This document shows positions 50,508 through 62,922 of a stretch of 64,000 nucleotides of DNA, one piece after another. The notes beneath the pieces were generated by a model. The model was not told the origin of the DNA. It searched no databases and was given only the letters and a program-made list of their open reading frames with translations. Source of the stretch: Terriglobia bacterium (GTDB taxonomy: Bacteria; Acidobacteriota; Terriglobia; JAJPHL01; JAPKYU01); assembly GCA_965206645.1 (NCBI GenBank), contig CBDBKE010000003.1, positions 448,001 through 512,000 on the forward strand. The letters are read 5' to 3'. A program made the translations under genes and the position numbers. Numbering within the stretch: the first letter of the stretch is position 1; each line of letters opens with the position of its first letter.

Positions 50508-51695
50508 CTATTCCTGGGTGAAGAGGCTGGCGCGCGGGTCGTCCGGATTCAACCGGGACAGTTCGCGCAGAATCTCCTTGGAGCGCTCGTCGCGGATGCG
50601 AGGGACCTGGACTCGCACCTCCACGTACTGATCGCCACGCCGGCGGGTGCGCGCCGACAGCACACCGCGCTCGCGGAGGCGGAACTTCTGCCCGCTCTGA
50701 GTGCCAGGCGCAACCCGCAACAGCGCCCGGCTTTCAATGGTGGGCACCTCGATCTTGGCGCCCAGCGCCGCCTCGCTGACCGTGATGGGGACGGTGATAT
50801 GGATGTCGTCCCCCTCGCGGCGAAAGTAGGAATGAGGCTCGATGCGCACGACGATGAACAAGTCGCCTGGCGGACCGCCGCCAACACCAGCATTCCCTTT
50901 GGCGCCGACGCGCAGTCGGCTGCCGCTCTGGGTGCCGGCCGCGATGCGCACCTCCAGGGAGTCGGATTGGGCAGTGCGGCCCTCCCCGTGACAGGCTGGG
51001 CAGGTGTCCGGCAGTTTACCCGTTCCCCGGCAGCGAGGACAGCCCAGCTGAAAGCGCATGGCGCCGGCGGCCTGGGTGACCTGGCCGCTGCCCCGGCATT
51101 CCGGGCAGATGGCAGCCGCGGTGCCCCCGCCGGGGGTCCCGCTCCCGCCACACGCCTGGCAGGTCTGGTGACGAGGCACATTCAGTCGCGTCACCGTACC
51201 GCGGATCGCCTCCCAGAAGCCCACCGGAACTTCGTGTTCCAGATCTTCCCCGCGAGCCGGGGCGGGTTCCGGGACGCCGGCGGCACGGGGCGAGAAAAAC
51301 TGCGAAAACAGATCCCGCAGGCCTTCGCCGACGCCAGTCGTGCCGGCGGAGCGCCCCCCCCGCGCCGCGCCTCCCCTGAAGATGTTGGAAAAATCGTAGC
51401 CGGAGAAATCGAAGTCGGGTGGCGCCTGTCCCGGGCGAGAACCCCACCGGGGCGGCATGCCTTGCTCGGAGTAGAAGCCGACCTGGTCGTACATTCGCCG
51501 CTTCTTGGGGTCGCTCAGCACATCGTAGGCTTCCTGGATACGCTTAAAGCGCTCCTCGGCCACCTTGTCACCAGGGTTCAGGTCAGGATGGTGTTTCCGG
51601 GCCAGCCGCTTGTAAGCCTTGCGAAGCTCTTGAGTGCTAGCTTTTCGCCCGACGCTGAGCGTCTCGTAGTAATCCTGTTTGGTCGTGGTAGCCAT
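50508..51695 (-). CDS. dnaJ: chaperone DnaJ
   Basis: J domain HPD, G/F region, four CxxCxGxG repeats, GDLF, EAALG. Confidence 0.95.
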   Translation of the reverse strand: MATTTKQDYYETLSVGRKASTQELRKAYKRLARKHHPDLNPGDKVAEERFKRIQEAYDVLSDPKKRRMYDQVGFYSEQGMPPRWGSRPGQAPPDFDFSGYDFSNIFRGGAARGGRSAGTTGVGEGLRDLFSQFFSPRAAGVPEPAPARGEDLEHEVPVGFWEAIRGTVTRLNVPRHQTCQACGGSGTPGGGTAAAICPECRGSGQVTQAAGAMRFQLGCPRCRGTGKLPDTCPACHGEGRTAQSDSLEVRIAAGTQSGSRLRVGAKGNAGVGGGPPGDLFIVVRIEPHSYFRREGDDIHITVPITVSEAALGAKIEVPTIESRALLRVAPGTQSGQKFRLRERGVLSARTRRRGDQYVEVRVQVPRIRDERSKEILRELSRLNPDDPRASLFTQE

Positions 51696-51843
51696 TTCCA
51701 ACTAACGGTCCCAGGCCAGGTGGCCCGGCCGCGGGCCCAGTCCGAGGGTGCCTATCCGAGGGTGCCCATAGACTAAGCCACTCTAGGGTCCCTATCGCCG
51801 CAAGAGGCTCTTCAGCGAACGTCTAGAAGCTGACGCCGGATGG

Positions 51844-53757
51844 TTATTTTTTCTCCTCGTCTACATCTACAAACTCGGCGTCAATGACTTCACCGTCCTT
51901 TTTCTTGTCTTGGCCCTCGGCCTTTTCCTCGGAGCCGCCGGGCGCGGTCTCCGCGGGTGCTTGCTGCACGTACAAAGCTTCCGCCAGCTTATGGGTAGCG
52001 GTTGTCAGCCCGTCCACGGCCCGCTGGATTTCGTCCACGCTGCCGGATTGCATCACTTTCTTGGTCTCAGCCAGCGCGGCTTCAATGTTGCGGGCGTCGG
52101 CTTCGCTGATCTTGTCGCGGTTCTCGTTCATCACCTTTTCAGTGGAATAGACGAGCGAGTCGGCGCGGTTGCGGGCTTCGACCTCCTCCCGGCGCTGGGC
52201 GTCCTCGGCGGTGTGCGCTTCGGCTTCGCGCGCCATCTTCGCGACTTCCTCTTTACTCAAGCCGCTCGAGGAGGTGATGGTGATCTTCTGCTCCTTGCCC
52301 GTACCCAGGTCTTTCGCCTGCACGTTGAGAATGCCGTTGACGTCAATGTCGAAGGTCACTTCGATTTGCGGAATGCCGCGCGGGGCTGGCGGGATTCCCA
52401 CTAGCTGGAATACGCCCAGCAGCCGGTTGTCGCGGGACATAGCTCGTTCGCCTTGGTGGACGCGGATTTCCACCGAACCCTGGTTGTCCGAGGCGGTGGA
52501 GAAGGTTTCGGTCTTGCGGGTGGGGATGGTGGTATTGCGCTCAATCATCTTGGTCATGACCCCACCCAGCGTCTCGACGCCCAGCGTCAGTGGAGTCACG
52601 TCGAGCAACAGCACGTCCTTGACCTCGCCGCCCAGCACGCCTCCCTGCACGGCGGCCCCCACTGCGACGACTTCGTCGGGATTGACCCCTTTGTGCGGCT
52701 CTCGTCCAAAAACTTCCTTCACCAGTTGCTGGATGCGGGGCATGCGGGTCTGACCACCCACCAGCACCACCTGGTCAATCTTGTCAGGCGTCAGGCCGGC
52801 GTCGTCGAGCGCGATCTTGCAGGGCTCCATCGAGCGCTGGACCAGCGGTTCGACCATCTGCTCCAGCCGCCCTCGGGTCAGTTTCAGCACCAGGTGCTTT
52901 GGCCCGCTGGCGTCAGCAGTGATGAAGGGCAGGTTGACCTCGGTCTCCAGCACCGAACTCAGCTCAACCTTGGCCTTCTCGGCTGCTTCCTTCAGCCGCT
53001 GCAGAGCCATCTTGTCCTTGGACAGGTCAATTCCCTGGTCCCGGCGAAACTCGTCGACGATCCAATTAATGACCACCTGGTCAAGGTTGTCGCCTCCCAG
53101 GTGCGTGTCGCCATTGGTGGACTTCACTTCCACCACACCTTCGCCCACCTCCAGGATGGAGATGTCGAAGGTGCCGCCACCGAAGTCGTAGACGGCGATG
53201 GTCTGGTCCTGCTTTTTATCCAGCCCGTAGGCCAAGGCGGCCGCCGTCGGCTCGTTGATGATGCGCTTCACGTCAAGGCCCGCGATCTGCCCCGCATCTT
53301 TGGTGGCCTGACGTTGCGAGTCGTTGAAATAGGCGGGAACGGTGATGACGGCGTCGGTCACCTTGGTGCCCAGATGAGCCTCGGCGGCCTCCTTCAGCTT
53401 GCGCAAGATCATGGCCGAGATTTCCGGTGGGGTCCATTCTTTGCCGCCGGCCGAAACGCGGGCGGCGCCGGTTGGGCTCTGCTCCACCTTGTAAGGCACC
53501 ATCTTCATTTCTTCGTTCACCTCTTCGTAGCGGCGGCCCATGAAGCGCTTGATGGAATAGATCGTGTTCTCCGGGTTGGTAATGGATTGCCGCTTAGCCA
53601 CTTGACCCGCCAACTGCTCTCCGGTCTTGGCGAAGGCGACCACCGAAGGGGTTGTGCGGGTCCCTTCCTGGTTAGCGATCACAGCTGGCTCGCCACCCTC
53701 TGTAACCGCCACTGCCGAGTTGGTCGTACCCAAGTCAATTCCGATGATCTTGCTCAT
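51844..53757 (-). CDS. dnaK: chaperone DnaK (Hsp70)
   Basis: [42 protein letters not shown]. Confidence 0.99.
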   Translation of the reverse strand: MSKIIGIDLGTTNSAVAVTEGGEPAVIANQEGTRTTPSVVAFAKTGEQLAGQVAKRQSITNPENTIYSIKRFMGRRYEEVNEEMKMVPYKVEQSPTGAARVSAGGKEWTPPEISAMILRKLKEAAEAHLGTKVTDAVITVPAYFNDSQRQATKDAGQIAGLDVKRIINEPTAAALAYGLDKKQDQTIAVYDFGGGTFDISILEVGEGVVEVKSTNGDTHLGGDNLDQVVINWIVDEFRRDQGIDLSKDKMALQRLKEAAEKAKVELSSVLETEVNLPFITADASGPKHLVLKLTRGRLEQMVEPLVQRSMEPCKIALDDAGLTPDKIDQVVLVGGQTRMPRIQQLVKEVFGREPHKGVNPDEVVAVGAAVQGGVLGGEVKDVLLLDVTPLTLGVETLGGVMTKMIERNTTIPTRKTETFSTASDNQGSVEIRVHQGERAMSRDNRLLGVFQLVGIPPAPRGIPQIEVTFDIDVNGILNVQAKDLGTGKEQKITITSSSGLSKEEVAKMAREAEAHTAEDAQRREEVEARNRADSLVYSTEKVMNENRDKISEADARNIEAALAETKKVMQSGSVDEIQRAVDGLTTATHKLAEALYVQQAPAETAPGGSEEKAEGQDKKKDGEVIDAEFVDVDEEKK

Positions 53758-53833
53758 TGGTTTCTCCTGTGTTTCAAATCTAGCAGTTGGTACTGGCCGC
53801 CAAGCTAAGGGCGGGGCCGCTTAGCAACGCCAT

Positions 53834-53862
53834 AGTATAATATATGCGCAAATCACTGTCAA
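53834..53862 (-). promoter_or_regulatory. sigma70-type promoter of dnaK
   Basis: TTGACA-17 nt-TATACT on the minus strand. Confidence 0.85.
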
Positions 53863-54034
53863 GTACTAGATGTAGTGTTTATCTACAGTAACTTGCAAGC
53901 ACATTAGTTCCTTCTATAGGGTCATTTTCGGACATGTTCTCGCAATACGACTTCTTCCTGAAGTGTGGCAAGCTAGCCGAAGTGACAAGCCCGGTTTGGA
54001 AAGGCCCCTCAAGACGTGCCTTGCCCGCCCCTAC

Positions 54035-54961
54035 TCAAGATCTGCTTGACCGGCGTAAGTGCTCCCAACCCTGCGGTGACAATTTTTCTCTGCGACCGTC
54101 TGGGTGCAAAAGCGAGATTCCAGTTGTTTTAGTAATGCGGCCGATATGGGTCAGGGGAATGCCCGCCAAAGTGCGAGGTACCCTAGCCGCCCGGTCGGGG
54201 GCCATAGAGAACAGAAGCTCGTAGTCTTCACCACCGTGGAGAGCCTGCTTTACGGATCCGGAACGTGGCAGACGTATCAACTCAACTTCCGCTCCAGTGC
54301 CGCTTTCCTTGGCCAAGTGGTTCAGGTCGGTCGAGAGACCATCGCTGAGGTCAATCATGGCAGAAGCCAAGCGGCGGCGGCGAAGGTGCTCGCCCAACAA
54401 GAGGCGTGGACGGATGGGTGGCAACGGCAGCCCCGAGTCGATCGCGCGCGCTGTGGCTCCCAGCCGCCCGGAAACAAACAGGGCGTCGCCGGGCCGTGCG
54501 CCGGAGCGCAAGACCGCCGTGCCTCGCGGCACGCTTCCGCAGAGGATCGCGTCTGCCAGGAAGATTGTCGAGCCGGAGGAACCGGTATCTCCCCCGACCA
54601 AAAACACCCGATACTGGCGCGCCGCCGCGGCAAACCCTCGCAGGAACCTGCGCGCCCAGGCCGAATCAAACTCTTGGGGCAGCCCCAGGGAGAGAAAAGC
54701 CCAATGAGGTCGGCCACCCATGGCCGAGATGTCACTGAGCGCACGCCCTAGCGCCCGCCGACCCGCTGCATGCGCCGATAGCCAATCGCTTTGGAAATGC
54801 ACTCCCTCGACGAACAGATCTGTGGTCACAATCAGATCCCGGTCGCGGGGAAGACGTAACACGGCGGCATCGTCACCAATGCCCACGATGGTACTTCCCA
54901 CTGCGGGTCTTCCGGTTCTAAGACGTCGCAGAAGGGCAATGATTTGTTGCTCAGTCCGCAT
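54035..54961 (-). CDS. thiL: thiamine-monophosphate kinase
   Basis: GIGDDAA, TTDLFVEGVHF, SDISAMGG, GGDT, IDLSDGL, GGEDYELLF. Confidence 0.95.
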   Translation of the reverse strand: MRTEQQIIALLRRLRTGRPAVGSTIVGIGDDAAVLRLPRDRDLIVTTDLFVEGVHFQSDWLSAHAAGRRALGRALSDISAMGGRPHWAFLSLGLPQEFDSAWARRFLRGFAAAARQYRVFLVGGDTGSSGSTIFLADAILCGSVPRGTAVLRSGARPGDALFVSGRLGATARAIDSGLPLPPIRPRLLLGEHLRRRRLASAMIDLSDGLSTDLNHLAKESGTGAEVELIRLPRSGSVKQALHGGEDYELLFSMAPDRAARVPRTLAGIPLTHIGRITKTTGISLLHPDGRREKLSPQGWEHLRRSSRS

Positions 54962-55013
54962 CTGAACTGCCAACAGAATTGGCGGTCACGCATCCCGTTG
55001 TGAAAATTCCGTG

Positions 55014-55043
55014 TTGACACACTTCTGGGCGCTTTGCTAAATT
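55014..55043 (+). promoter_or_regulatory. sigma70-type promoter of the M23 peptidase gene
   Basis: TTGACA-18 nt-TAAATT with extended TG. Confidence 0.6.
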
Positions 55044-55130
55044 GGCGCCACTTTCGGCGGAAGAAGGCCTGGGTTCGAGAGTACGTGCGCTATAAGGAGA
55101 ATCTGCGCGACTCCCCCTAGGAGTGCTGAT

Positions 55131-55979
55131 TTGCGAAATACTTATTATATCTTTGTAGTAGCACACAGCATTCGTGGTCGGATCCGACGCATCCATATCC
55201 CACACTACTTTGTGTACTTCTGCGGCCTGCTTGCGCTGGTCAGCCTGTTCACCGTGCTGGCTGCCTTCGGCTCTTACACACGAATGCTGCTGAAGGTGGT
55301 CAGCTACAACCATATGCGTATGGAGATGGAGGCGCTTAGACAGAAATTCAACAACCTCCAGGCCAAGATGGACCAGACTCAAGTTCAGCTAACCTCCCTC
55401 CAAGACCTTGCCGGCGAAGTCTCGGTTGCCTATGGCATCCGGCGAGGCGGCAATGGAAGTCTACCGGTAGCTGCTGAGACAGAGAAGACTTTTGGAGCGA
55501 CGGCAAAGCACTACCAGTTCCTGTTACGTGCCTCCTACTTCGTACTCCCATACCGACATGAGTTTTTACAAGGGCGCACCGTGAGTACCGGATTGCCGCT
55601 GGACTGGCCTTTGAAGGGCAGGCTAACGGGAAGCTTCGGGGATCGGTTGGATCCCTTCAATGGAGAAGGGTCGTTCCACGCCGGGGTAGACATCGCCACC
55701 TCTTATGGGGCGCCGGTCCGAGCCGCCGCCGACGGTGTCGTACTTAGTACCTCTTGGGAATCTGGGTATGGCAGGGCAGTCATGCTAGCTCACGGTCGCG
55801 GCGTACGCACTATGTATGCGCACCTGGCGGGGTTCAATGTCGCCTCGGGACAGGTGGTGCTGGCGGGCGATACTATTGGCTTTGTGGGACGTAGCGGTCG
55901 TTCCACCGGCCCCCACCTTCATTACGAAGTGCGGATTCAGGATACTCCGGTGAATCCCACGCGGTTCCTTGGGGACTAG
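55131..55979 (+). CDS. M23 family metallopeptidase with TM anchor and coiled coil
   Basis: HAGVD, YAHL, STGPHLHYE; TTG start with AGGAG RBS. Confidence 0.93.
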   Translation: MRNTYYIFVVAHSIRGRIRRIHIPHYFVYFCGLLALVSLFTVLAAFGSYTRMLLKVVSYNHMRMEMEALRQKFNNLQAKMDQTQVQLTSLQDLAGEVSVAYGIRRGGNGSLPVAAETEKTFGATAKHYQFLLRASYFVLPYRHEFLQGRTVSTGLPLDWPLKGRLTGSFGDRLDPFNGEGSFHAGVDIATSYGAPVRAAADGVVLSTSWESGYGRAVMLAHGRGVRTMYAHLAGFNVASGQVVLAGDTIGFVGRSGRSTGPHLHYEVRIQDTPVNPTRFLGD

Positions 55980-56062
55980 ACTCGGTCCCAGCTTTTCTGA
56001 CCGTTCGACCAGCAGCGCCGACTCCCCTGGAATCCTCCTTCGAAGGTGACCTCCCAGTAGGT

Positions 56063-57121
56063 CTATCTTGCTGGAACGGCATGGGCAGGAACGGCATGGG
56101 AGGCCGGCTGCGGCGAACCCGACTCCCGGAGCAGCCGCTCCAGCGATTCCGCCTCCAAGTCCCAGCGCACCACGGCCGCATTTTTCTCCACCGCAATGGA
56201 GATGCGCTCAAGGGCGCTTGCTACTTCCGCTCCCCGCCCACTCTCATCTTCGCGTGCAGCGAGCGCCACCAGCAGGGTCCGCAGACCCAAAAGGGACCTA
56301 GCCACCTCCTGTGCGCCCTCGCCGGAATCACATTCGGCCACCATATGGAAATTCACCTGTTGCTCTCCAACGCGCACAGCCAGCAAGCCCATCCGGCTGC
56401 CACGAAGCAACTCGATGCCTAGACTGGTCCCGGGGGAGCCAACTCCGACGGGCATCCTCCACTGCCCGAGCCGTTGCAAATCCGCGGCCACCCACACATG
56501 GATTCCCGCCGGCAGGTGGTCCAGCACCCGGAGTTCTTGAAGGCGATCTTCCAAGTCGGGCGCCTCCCGTTCGGCCAGCTCGACCATCTTCCTCATGGGC
56601 CACTGGTCGGGGGCATTGGAAAAAGCAAGTCGTCCCGGAGCCAGGAAGGCCAGGCGAAATGTTCTTCCAGAGGGGCCGGTGAACAAGTTTATGCTGTGCC
56701 CCAGGTGGGCGATGGTGCTCTGCCGGTGTTGGCGGCTGTAGTGCTCCACCTTTTGCCGGTTGAAACGGCCCTGCAGGAGGGCATGAACCACTCGCGCCCC
56801 CTCTGGGCCGGAAATTCCTAGCGAGACCGAGTCCAGATCACGCTCGAAGTCAAACCCGGTAGCTCGCACGAATTCCGAGTATTCCCGCTCCAGTTGTGGC
56901 GGCTCTTGGCCCTCAAGCAGCCGGCGGACCATCGGGTTGTTCCGGAGCCCGGCCAGGTCCAGGTTGATGGCGACTGTCGAACCGGGTGGAAGATAGCGGA
57001 AGGAGCGCAAGGCCTTCTGGCTGCCCGCCTCTATGTACCACCAAACCAGGGCGGCTGCGGCACCGGCTACGACAATGGCTGCGGGCAACAGGACCACCAA
57101 CGCTCTGCGGGGCAGCGGCAA
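56063..57121 (-). CDS. membrane-anchored hypothetical protein
   Basis: N-terminal TM, YLP motif, FVRATGFDFERDLD; start uncertain (TTG at end of a T8 run). Confidence 0.7.
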   Translation of the reverse strand: MPLPRRALVVLLPAAIVVAGAAAALVWWYIEAGSQKALRSFRYLPPGSTVAINLDLAGLRNNPMVRRLLEGQEPPQLEREYSEFVRATGFDFERDLDSVSLGISGPEGARVVHALLQGRFNRQKVEHYSRQHRQSTIAHLGHSINLFTGPSGRTFRLAFLAPGRLAFSNAPDQWPMRKMVELAEREAPDLEDRLQELRVLDHLPAGIHVWVAADLQRLGQWRMPVGVGSPGTSLGIELLRGSRMGLLAVRVGEQQVNFHMVAECDSGEGAQEVARSLLGLRTLLVALAAREDESGRGAEVASALERISIAVEKNAAVVRWDLEAESLERLLRESGSPQPASHAVPAHAVPAR

Positions 57122-57316
57122 AAAAAATGCTTCCCTCTTTCCGGAATCTTGCGGTAGAATTCTACCTGAACCCGATGGACCAGGCTACCCCGCCTGGGAG
57201 GGTTTCGTGCCAAGGGGGGCCTGCGGCTTCCAGCACAAAGGTAAGCAATCCGGGCGCCACAGAGGTGTGGCTGCGGCAATCGAAGGCCGTTTTGGTAACG
57301 TATCGAGTTTCCACGG

Positions 57317-57392
57317 GCTGGCGTAGCTCAGTTGGTAGAGCATCTGATTTGTAATCAGAGGGTCAGGGGTTCGAATCCCTTCGCCAGCTCCA
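57317..57392 (+). tRNA. tRNA-Thr(TGT)
   Basis: Cloverleaf; anticodon arm TCTGA-TTTGTAA-TCAGA, GTTCGAA, CCA. Confidence 0.97.
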
Positions 57393-57504
57393 TGCGCCAG
57401 GCCGTGGAGGCCAGCAGGCTGCAGCAGGCTTGTTGCTCGGCGGAGGCAGGGCTGTCGATTGGCTGTGGGAGCATTGAGCGGAGAGAGCAAAGAGGGGTAG
57501 CTGG

Positions 57505-57579
57505 GCGGGAGTAACTCAGTGGTAGAGTCACAGCCTTCCAAGCTGTTGGTCGCGGGTTCGATCCCCGTCTCCCGCTCCA
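57505..57579 (+). tRNA. tRNA-Gly(TCC)
   Basis: ACAGC-CTTCCAA-GCTGT, GTTCGAT, CCA. Confidence 0.97.
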
Positions 57580-57611
57580 ACGATTCCCGTTCGTGCCGAA
57601 GGGGGAGGTCG

Positions 57612-57687
<76 letters not shown>

Positions 57688-57731
57688 GGTTCTAACGAGA
57701 GGGGCGAACCACGACAGCGATTTCAGTGCAC

Positions 57732-57820
57732 GGACAGGTGGCCGAGTGGTTAAAGGCAGCAGGCTGTAAATCTGCCGCCCCTTGCGGGCTACGGAGGTTC
57801 GAATCCTCCCCTGTCCACCA
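57732..57820 (+). tRNA. tRNA-Tyr(GTA)
   Basis: GCAGG-CTGTAAA-TCTGC, long variable arm, CCA. Confidence 0.97.
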
Positions 57821-58011
57821 GCTTGCTGACTCAGGTGCCAAGCTGATTCCTTTGTGGCTGCTACCGATGTCGGTACTGTAGTGCCGAGGCAACCTACTGG
57901 TGGTGTGCAAGTTTTTTGATGCGATTCTTTCTGCGGTTCGGGTGCAGGGTTAACCCCTGAAACTTTATTGTTCCAGGCGGCAAGTCCTAGGAACGAGGAG
58001 TCGAGGCGACG

Positions 58012-59199
<1,188 letters not shown>

Positions 59200-59211
59200 G
59201 GAGCCACTGCC

Positions 59212-59364
59212 ATGCCGCGCGACATTGTCACCTTGCAGTGCATGGATTGCAAGAATCGCAACTACACGACAACCAAGAATAAGAAGAAGACCCCTGATCG
59301 GTTGCAGTTCAAGAAGTTCTGTCGCACGTGCCGGCACCACACGGCGCACAGGGAAGTCAAATAG
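59212..59364 (+). CDS. rpmG: 50S ribosomal protein L33, Zn-binding form (absent from ORF track)
   Basis: Hand translation: [50 protein letters not shown]. Confidence 0.97.
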   Translation: MPRDIVTLQCMDCKNRNYTTTKNKKKTPDRLQFKKFCRTCRHHTAHREVK

Positions 59365-59421
59365 GTTTCGGGTTTCGGATTGCAGATCGAGGAAGGGCGC
59401 GAATAGATCCGCGATGGAAAC

Positions 59422-59496
59422 AGGGGCGTAGGTTCAACGGTAGACCGCCGGTCTCCAAAACCGGTTGTGGGGGTTCGAATCCCTCCGCCCCTGCCA
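59422..59496 (+). tRNA. tRNA-Trp(CCA)
   Basis: CCGGT-CTCCAAA-ACCGG, GTTCGAA, CCA; lies between rpmG and secE. Confidence 0.96.
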
Positions 59497-59626
59497 GTTT
59501 TGCAGGGGGCTTGATGTAATCCACCAGCGTCGGTTTCGGGCGCGCTGACGCGGAAGGCAGATGAAGCAAACCAAGATGCGTACGGCGACCGGGGTCGTCC
59601 GGGAAGTCCGCCACGAGGGAGGCATT

Positions 59627-59851
59627 ATGGGCCTCTTGGACACCGTGCGGTCCTGGCCTGGTCGGATTTCGGGTTTCATCCATGACACGCGCCTGGAGTT
59701 GAAACGAGTCACCTGGCCGGAGCGAAAGCAGGTGCAGGCCACCACCGTTGTGGTGATCGTGACCGTGTTTTTCTTCGGCTTTTATCTGTATTTGGCCGAC
59801 GTTGTTTTTAGGCGCCTGATTGAGCAGGTATTCCAGAGGTTCCGAGGTTAG
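59627..59851 (+). CDS. secE: preprotein translocase subunit SecE
   Basis: ELKRVTWP plus one TM; ATG 59627 with GGAGG RBS (59561 is an alternative start). Confidence 0.93.
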   Translation: MGLLDTVRSWPGRISGFIHDTRLELKRVTWPERKQVQATTVVVIVTVFFFGFYLYLADVVFRRLIEQVFQRFRG

Positions 59852-59853
59852 AC

Positions 59854-60468
59854 GTGGGCGAGCCAGAGCAAGAGCAGGTACAGTCGCAGGAACCGCAAGA
59901 GGAGCAGGCGCGCCAGCCGGTCTCGGCTGTGCCGACCGGCAACAAGCAGTGGTTCATCATCCACAGCTACTCGGGCTTTGAGCGCAAGGTGGCCGAGAGC
60001 CTGCGCAGTCGCGTGCAGGCCTTCGGGTTGGATGAGCAGATCGGGCGGATCGAGATTCCGATGGAAACAGTGGCCGAGCGCCGCGCGGGAAAAACGGTGC
60101 AGACGCAGCGCCTGTTTTACCCCGGCTACGTGCTGGTGGAAATGGAAATGAGCGACGACCTCTGGCACCTGGTGAAGGCGACCCCCCGGGTGACCGGGTT
60201 TGTCGGCACGGGCCAGACGCCGACTCCGCTGTCCCCGGAGGAAGTGGACCAGATCCTGAACCGGGCCGCTATCTCGGCTGAGAAGCCGCAGCCGAAACTT
60301 AGCTTTGAGAAGAACGAAACGGTGAGGATCACGGAGGGGCCGTTTTCCAACTTCACCGGGGTGGTGGATGAGATCAACGCGGACCGCAACACGGTGCGGG
60401 TGCTGGTCACCATCTTTGGCCGCGCGACGCCCGTCGAGCTGGAATTCTTGCACGTGGAGAAACTATAG
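59854..60468 (+). CDS. nusG: transcription factor NusG
   Basis: [38 protein letters not shown]. Confidence 0.98.
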   Translation: MGEPEQEQVQSQEPQEEQARQPVSAVPTGNKQWFIIHSYSGFERKVAESLRSRVQAFGLDEQIGRIEIPMETVAERRAGKTVQTQRLFYPGYVLVEMEMSDDLWHLVKATPRVTGFVGTGQTPTPLSPEEVDQILNRAAISAEKPQPKLSFEKNETVRITEGPFSNFTGVVDEINADRNTVRVLVTIFGRATPVELEFLHVEKL

Positions 60469-60489
60469 AAGCGGGACTGGTGGTGAGAC

Positions 60490-60936
60490 ATGGCAGTGGC
60501 GACACCCAGAGGTAAGAGGGTTGCGGCGCGAATAAAAGTCCTGATTCCGGCCGGCAAAGCGACGCCGGCCCCGCCGGTGGGGCCGGCCCTGGGCCAGCAC
60601 GGGGTCAACATTATGGATTTCTGCAAGGCGTTCAACGCCAAGACTTCGGCCAAGGAGATGGAGGGTCTGATCATCCCCGTGGTCATGACGGTGTACGGGG
60701 ACCGCTCGTACACGTTTGTGACCAAAACGCCGCCGGCCTCGGTGTTGTTGAAGCGCGCAGCCGGAATCGCCAAGGGCTCCGGCGAACCCAACCGGAGCAA
60801 GGTGGGCCAGGTGACGGAGAAGGACGTAGAGGAGATTGCGCGCGCCAAGCTCCCGGACCTGAACGCGGCTTCGTTGGAAGCAGCCATTCGCAGCGTCAAA
60901 GGGACCGCTCGCAGCATGGGCATCGAGATCGAGTAG
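60490..60936 (+). CDS. rplK: 50S ribosomal protein L11
   Basis: [31 protein letters not shown]. Confidence 0.98.
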   Translation: MAVATPRGKRVAARIKVLIPAGKATPAPPVGPALGQHGVNIMDFCKAFNAKTSAKEMEGLIIPVVMTVYGDRSYTFVTKTPPASVLLKRAAGIAKGSGEPNRSKVGQVTEKDVEEIARAKLPDLNAASLEAAIRSVKGTARSMGIEIE

Positions 60937-60956
60937 CGCTGAGTAAAGAATCGCTT

Positions 60957-61661
60957 ATGCCCAACCATCGCCAAGGTAAGAACTACGTGAAGGCCCGCCA
61001 GCAAGTGGAAGCCCGAACGTACAAGCTGGAAGAAGCTGTTCCGTTGCTGAAGAAGATCCGGTACGCCAAGTTCGACGAAACCGTGGAGGTGGCGTTGCGG
61101 CTGGGGGTCGATCCGAAACACGCCGACCAGATGGTGCGGGGAACGGTGGTATTGCCGCACGGGCTGGGCAGGTCCAAGCGCGTGCTGGCGATCGCCTCCG
61201 GCGAGAAAGTACGCGAAGCTGAGGAAGCCGGCGCCGACTGGGTGGGGGGCGATGATGTGGTCACCAAGATCCAGCAAGGCTGGCTAGGGTTTGAGGCGGT
61301 CGTCGCCACCCCGGACATGATGAAGTCGGTCGGCAAACTGGGCAAGCTGCTCGGACCCCGCGGCCTGATGCCCAACCCGAAGACCGGCACGGTGACCTTC
61401 GAGGTGGCGCGCGCCGTTCGTGAGATCAAGGCCGGCAAGGTGGAATTCCGCACTGACAAAACCGGTGTCATCCACGCGCCGGTCGGCAAGATCTCGTTCG
61501 AGACAGATAAACTGGTAGAAAATGCCGGCACCCTGATTAGCAGCGTCATCAAAGCCAAGCCGGCTGCGGCCAAAGGCAAGTACGTTCGCAGCGTCACCCT
61601 GTCGGCGACGATGACTCCTGGGATTTCACTTGACGTAGCGGTGCTGGAAGCTGGGCCTTAG
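60957..61661 (+). CDS. rplA: 50S ribosomal protein L1
   Basis: [26 protein letters not shown]. Confidence 0.98.
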   Translation: MPNHRQGKNYVKARQQVEARTYKLEEAVPLLKKIRYAKFDETVEVALRLGVDPKHADQMVRGTVVLPHGLGRSKRVLAIASGEKVREAEEAGADWVGGDDVVTKIQQGWLGFEAVVATPDMMKSVGKLGKLLGPRGLMPNPKTGTVTFEVARAVREIKAGKVEFRTDKTGVIHAPVGKISFETDKLVENAGTLISSVIKAKPAAAKGKYVRSVTLSATMTPGISLDVAVLEAGP

Positions 61662-61775
61662 CGCTGCGCGGTCTCGCAACCCGGTGGGTTTCCAAAGGCC
61701 TTACAGGAGACCGGTCGTGGATGAAGGTAGGGCGAGTGGCCCAGAAGAGTCGGAGCTGATCGAGCAGCGTCAACA
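61662..61775 (+). promoter_or_regulatory. possible L10 leader-type autoregulatory RNA
   Basis: Position between rplA and rplJ; GGTCTC...GAGACC pairing; consensus not verified. Confidence 0.3.
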
Positions 61776-62303
61776 ATGAAGAACCGCGAGCAGAAACGGA
61801 AGGAAGTGGAAGGGCTGAGGGCGGACCTGGAAAACATGCCCAACGTACTGGTCTCGGAGTTTTCCAAGATCACCGTTGCTCAGGAGTACGAATTGCGCAA
61901 GCAGGTGCGCACGGCGGGGGGCAGATATCGGGTGGTCAAGAACACAGTGGCCGAGCTGGCGGCGCGAGGGACTTCTGCCGAAAGCGCTCTGAAGAACCTG
62001 GTGGGCCCCACCGCTGTGGCATACACCGAGAAGGATCCGGTGGCGCTGGCCAAAATCCTGGTCGCCTACGCCAAAGCGAATCCCTCATTCGTCTTCAAGG
62101 CCGGTGTGGTAGAGGGCCGCGCGGTCTCCATTCAGGAAATTGCCGAGCTGGCCGCTCTTCCGGGCAGGGAAGAGCTGATCCTACGAGTGCTCTACATGTT
62201 GAACGCACCGGCCCGGGGAGTGGCGTCTGCAGTCACAGCGGTCGCCCGCAGTCTGGCGTCGGTGGTCAATCAGGCTGTCGAGGCCAACAAGTTTGCCGCA
62301 TAA
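61776..62303 (+). CDS. rplJ: 50S ribosomal protein L10
   Basis: LRKQVR, VVKNT, GPTAVAY, LAALPGREEL. Confidence 0.97.
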   Translation: MKNREQKRKEVEGLRADLENMPNVLVSEFSKITVAQEYELRKQVRTAGGRYRVVKNTVAELAARGTSAESALKNLVGPTAVAYTEKDPVALAKILVAYAKANPSFVFKAGVVEGRAVSIQEIAELAALPGREELILRVLYMLNAPARGVASAVTAVARSLASVVNQAVEANKFAA

Positions 62304-62366
62304 CTAGGCAGTTCCAACGCAGTGATTTGGTCGCACTTGCGACCATGCACCTTTTGAGGAGAAGAG

Positions 62367-62768
62367 ATGCCGGAGAAGATTGAAAACGAGAAGATTGACA
62401 ACATCGTAGAACAGGTCAAGGCCCTTTCCTTGCTGGAGGCCTCGCAGTTGGTGAAGCGGTTGGAAGAGACGTTTGGCGTCTCGGCCGCCGCCGCTCAGAT
62501 GGCGGCACCTGGGGTCGGCCCGGGCGGTCCCTCGGCGGCGCCTGCGGTCGAAGAGCAGACCGAGTTCAACGTCATCCTGACCGCGGTGGGAGCTAATAAG
62601 ATCGGCGTCATTAAAGCGGTGCGCGAAGTCACCAGCCTGGGTCTGAAGGAAGCCAAGGACCTAGTGGACAATGCTCCCAAGCCCATCAAGGAAGAGGTTA
62701 CGAAAGAAGAGGCCGAGGGACTGAAGAAGAAGTTCACTGAGGCTGGGGCCACTGTTGAAGTCAAGTAA
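62367..62768 (+). CDS. rplL: 50S ribosomal protein L7/L12
   Basis: [35 protein letters not shown]. Confidence 0.98.
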   Translation: MPEKIENEKIDNIVEQVKALSLLEASQLVKRLEETFGVSAAAAQMAAPGVGPGGPSAAPAVEEQTEFNVILTAVGANKIGVIKAVREVTSLGLKEAKDLVDNAPKPIKEEVTKEEAEGLKKKFTEAGATVEVK

Positions 62769-62800
62769 GCTGAAGTCAAGTAAGCTGAGGTCAAGTAAAG
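62756..62800 (+). repeat. 15-bp tandem repeat x3 duplicating the rplL stop region
   Basis: TGAAGTCAAGTAAGC TGAAGTCAAGTAAGC TGAGGTCAAGTAAAG. Confidence 0.92.
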
Positions 62801-62878
62801 GGTTTTCGTCCACGGTTGCGGTCTACTGTGTGACCGCAGCGCCGGGAGGTGCCCGGCGCTGCAGAGGCGACAGGGTTC

Positions 62879-62922
62879 GACTAATAGTTGACTAATAGTT
62901 GACTAATAGTTGACTGGTAGTT
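62879..62922 (+). repeat. 11-bp intergenic tandem repeat x4 upstream of rpoB
   Basis: GACTAATAGTT x3 then GACTGGTAGTT. Confidence 0.92.

Noticed and set aside
49980-51776. 598-aa plus-strand ORF
   Set aside because: Antisense to dnaJ and hspR; high-GC shadow ORF
52453-53808. 451-aa ORF antisense to dnaK
   Set aside because: Well-known shadow frame produced by dnaK codon bias; no independent motifs
54020-54039. HAIR-like CTTG...ACTCAAG
   Set aside because: Left arm poor, spacer N6, and about 160 nt from the dnaK promoter at the thiL stop
55105-55130. CIRCE-like GAGTGCTGA half site
   Set aside because: Left arm and 9-nt spacing do not match; it overlaps the RBS of the M23 gene
62879-62922. 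Tandem arrays as CRISPR (also 17234 and 16182)
   Set aside because: Units are 11-15 bp, head-to-tail with no spacers, and there are no cas genes in the window
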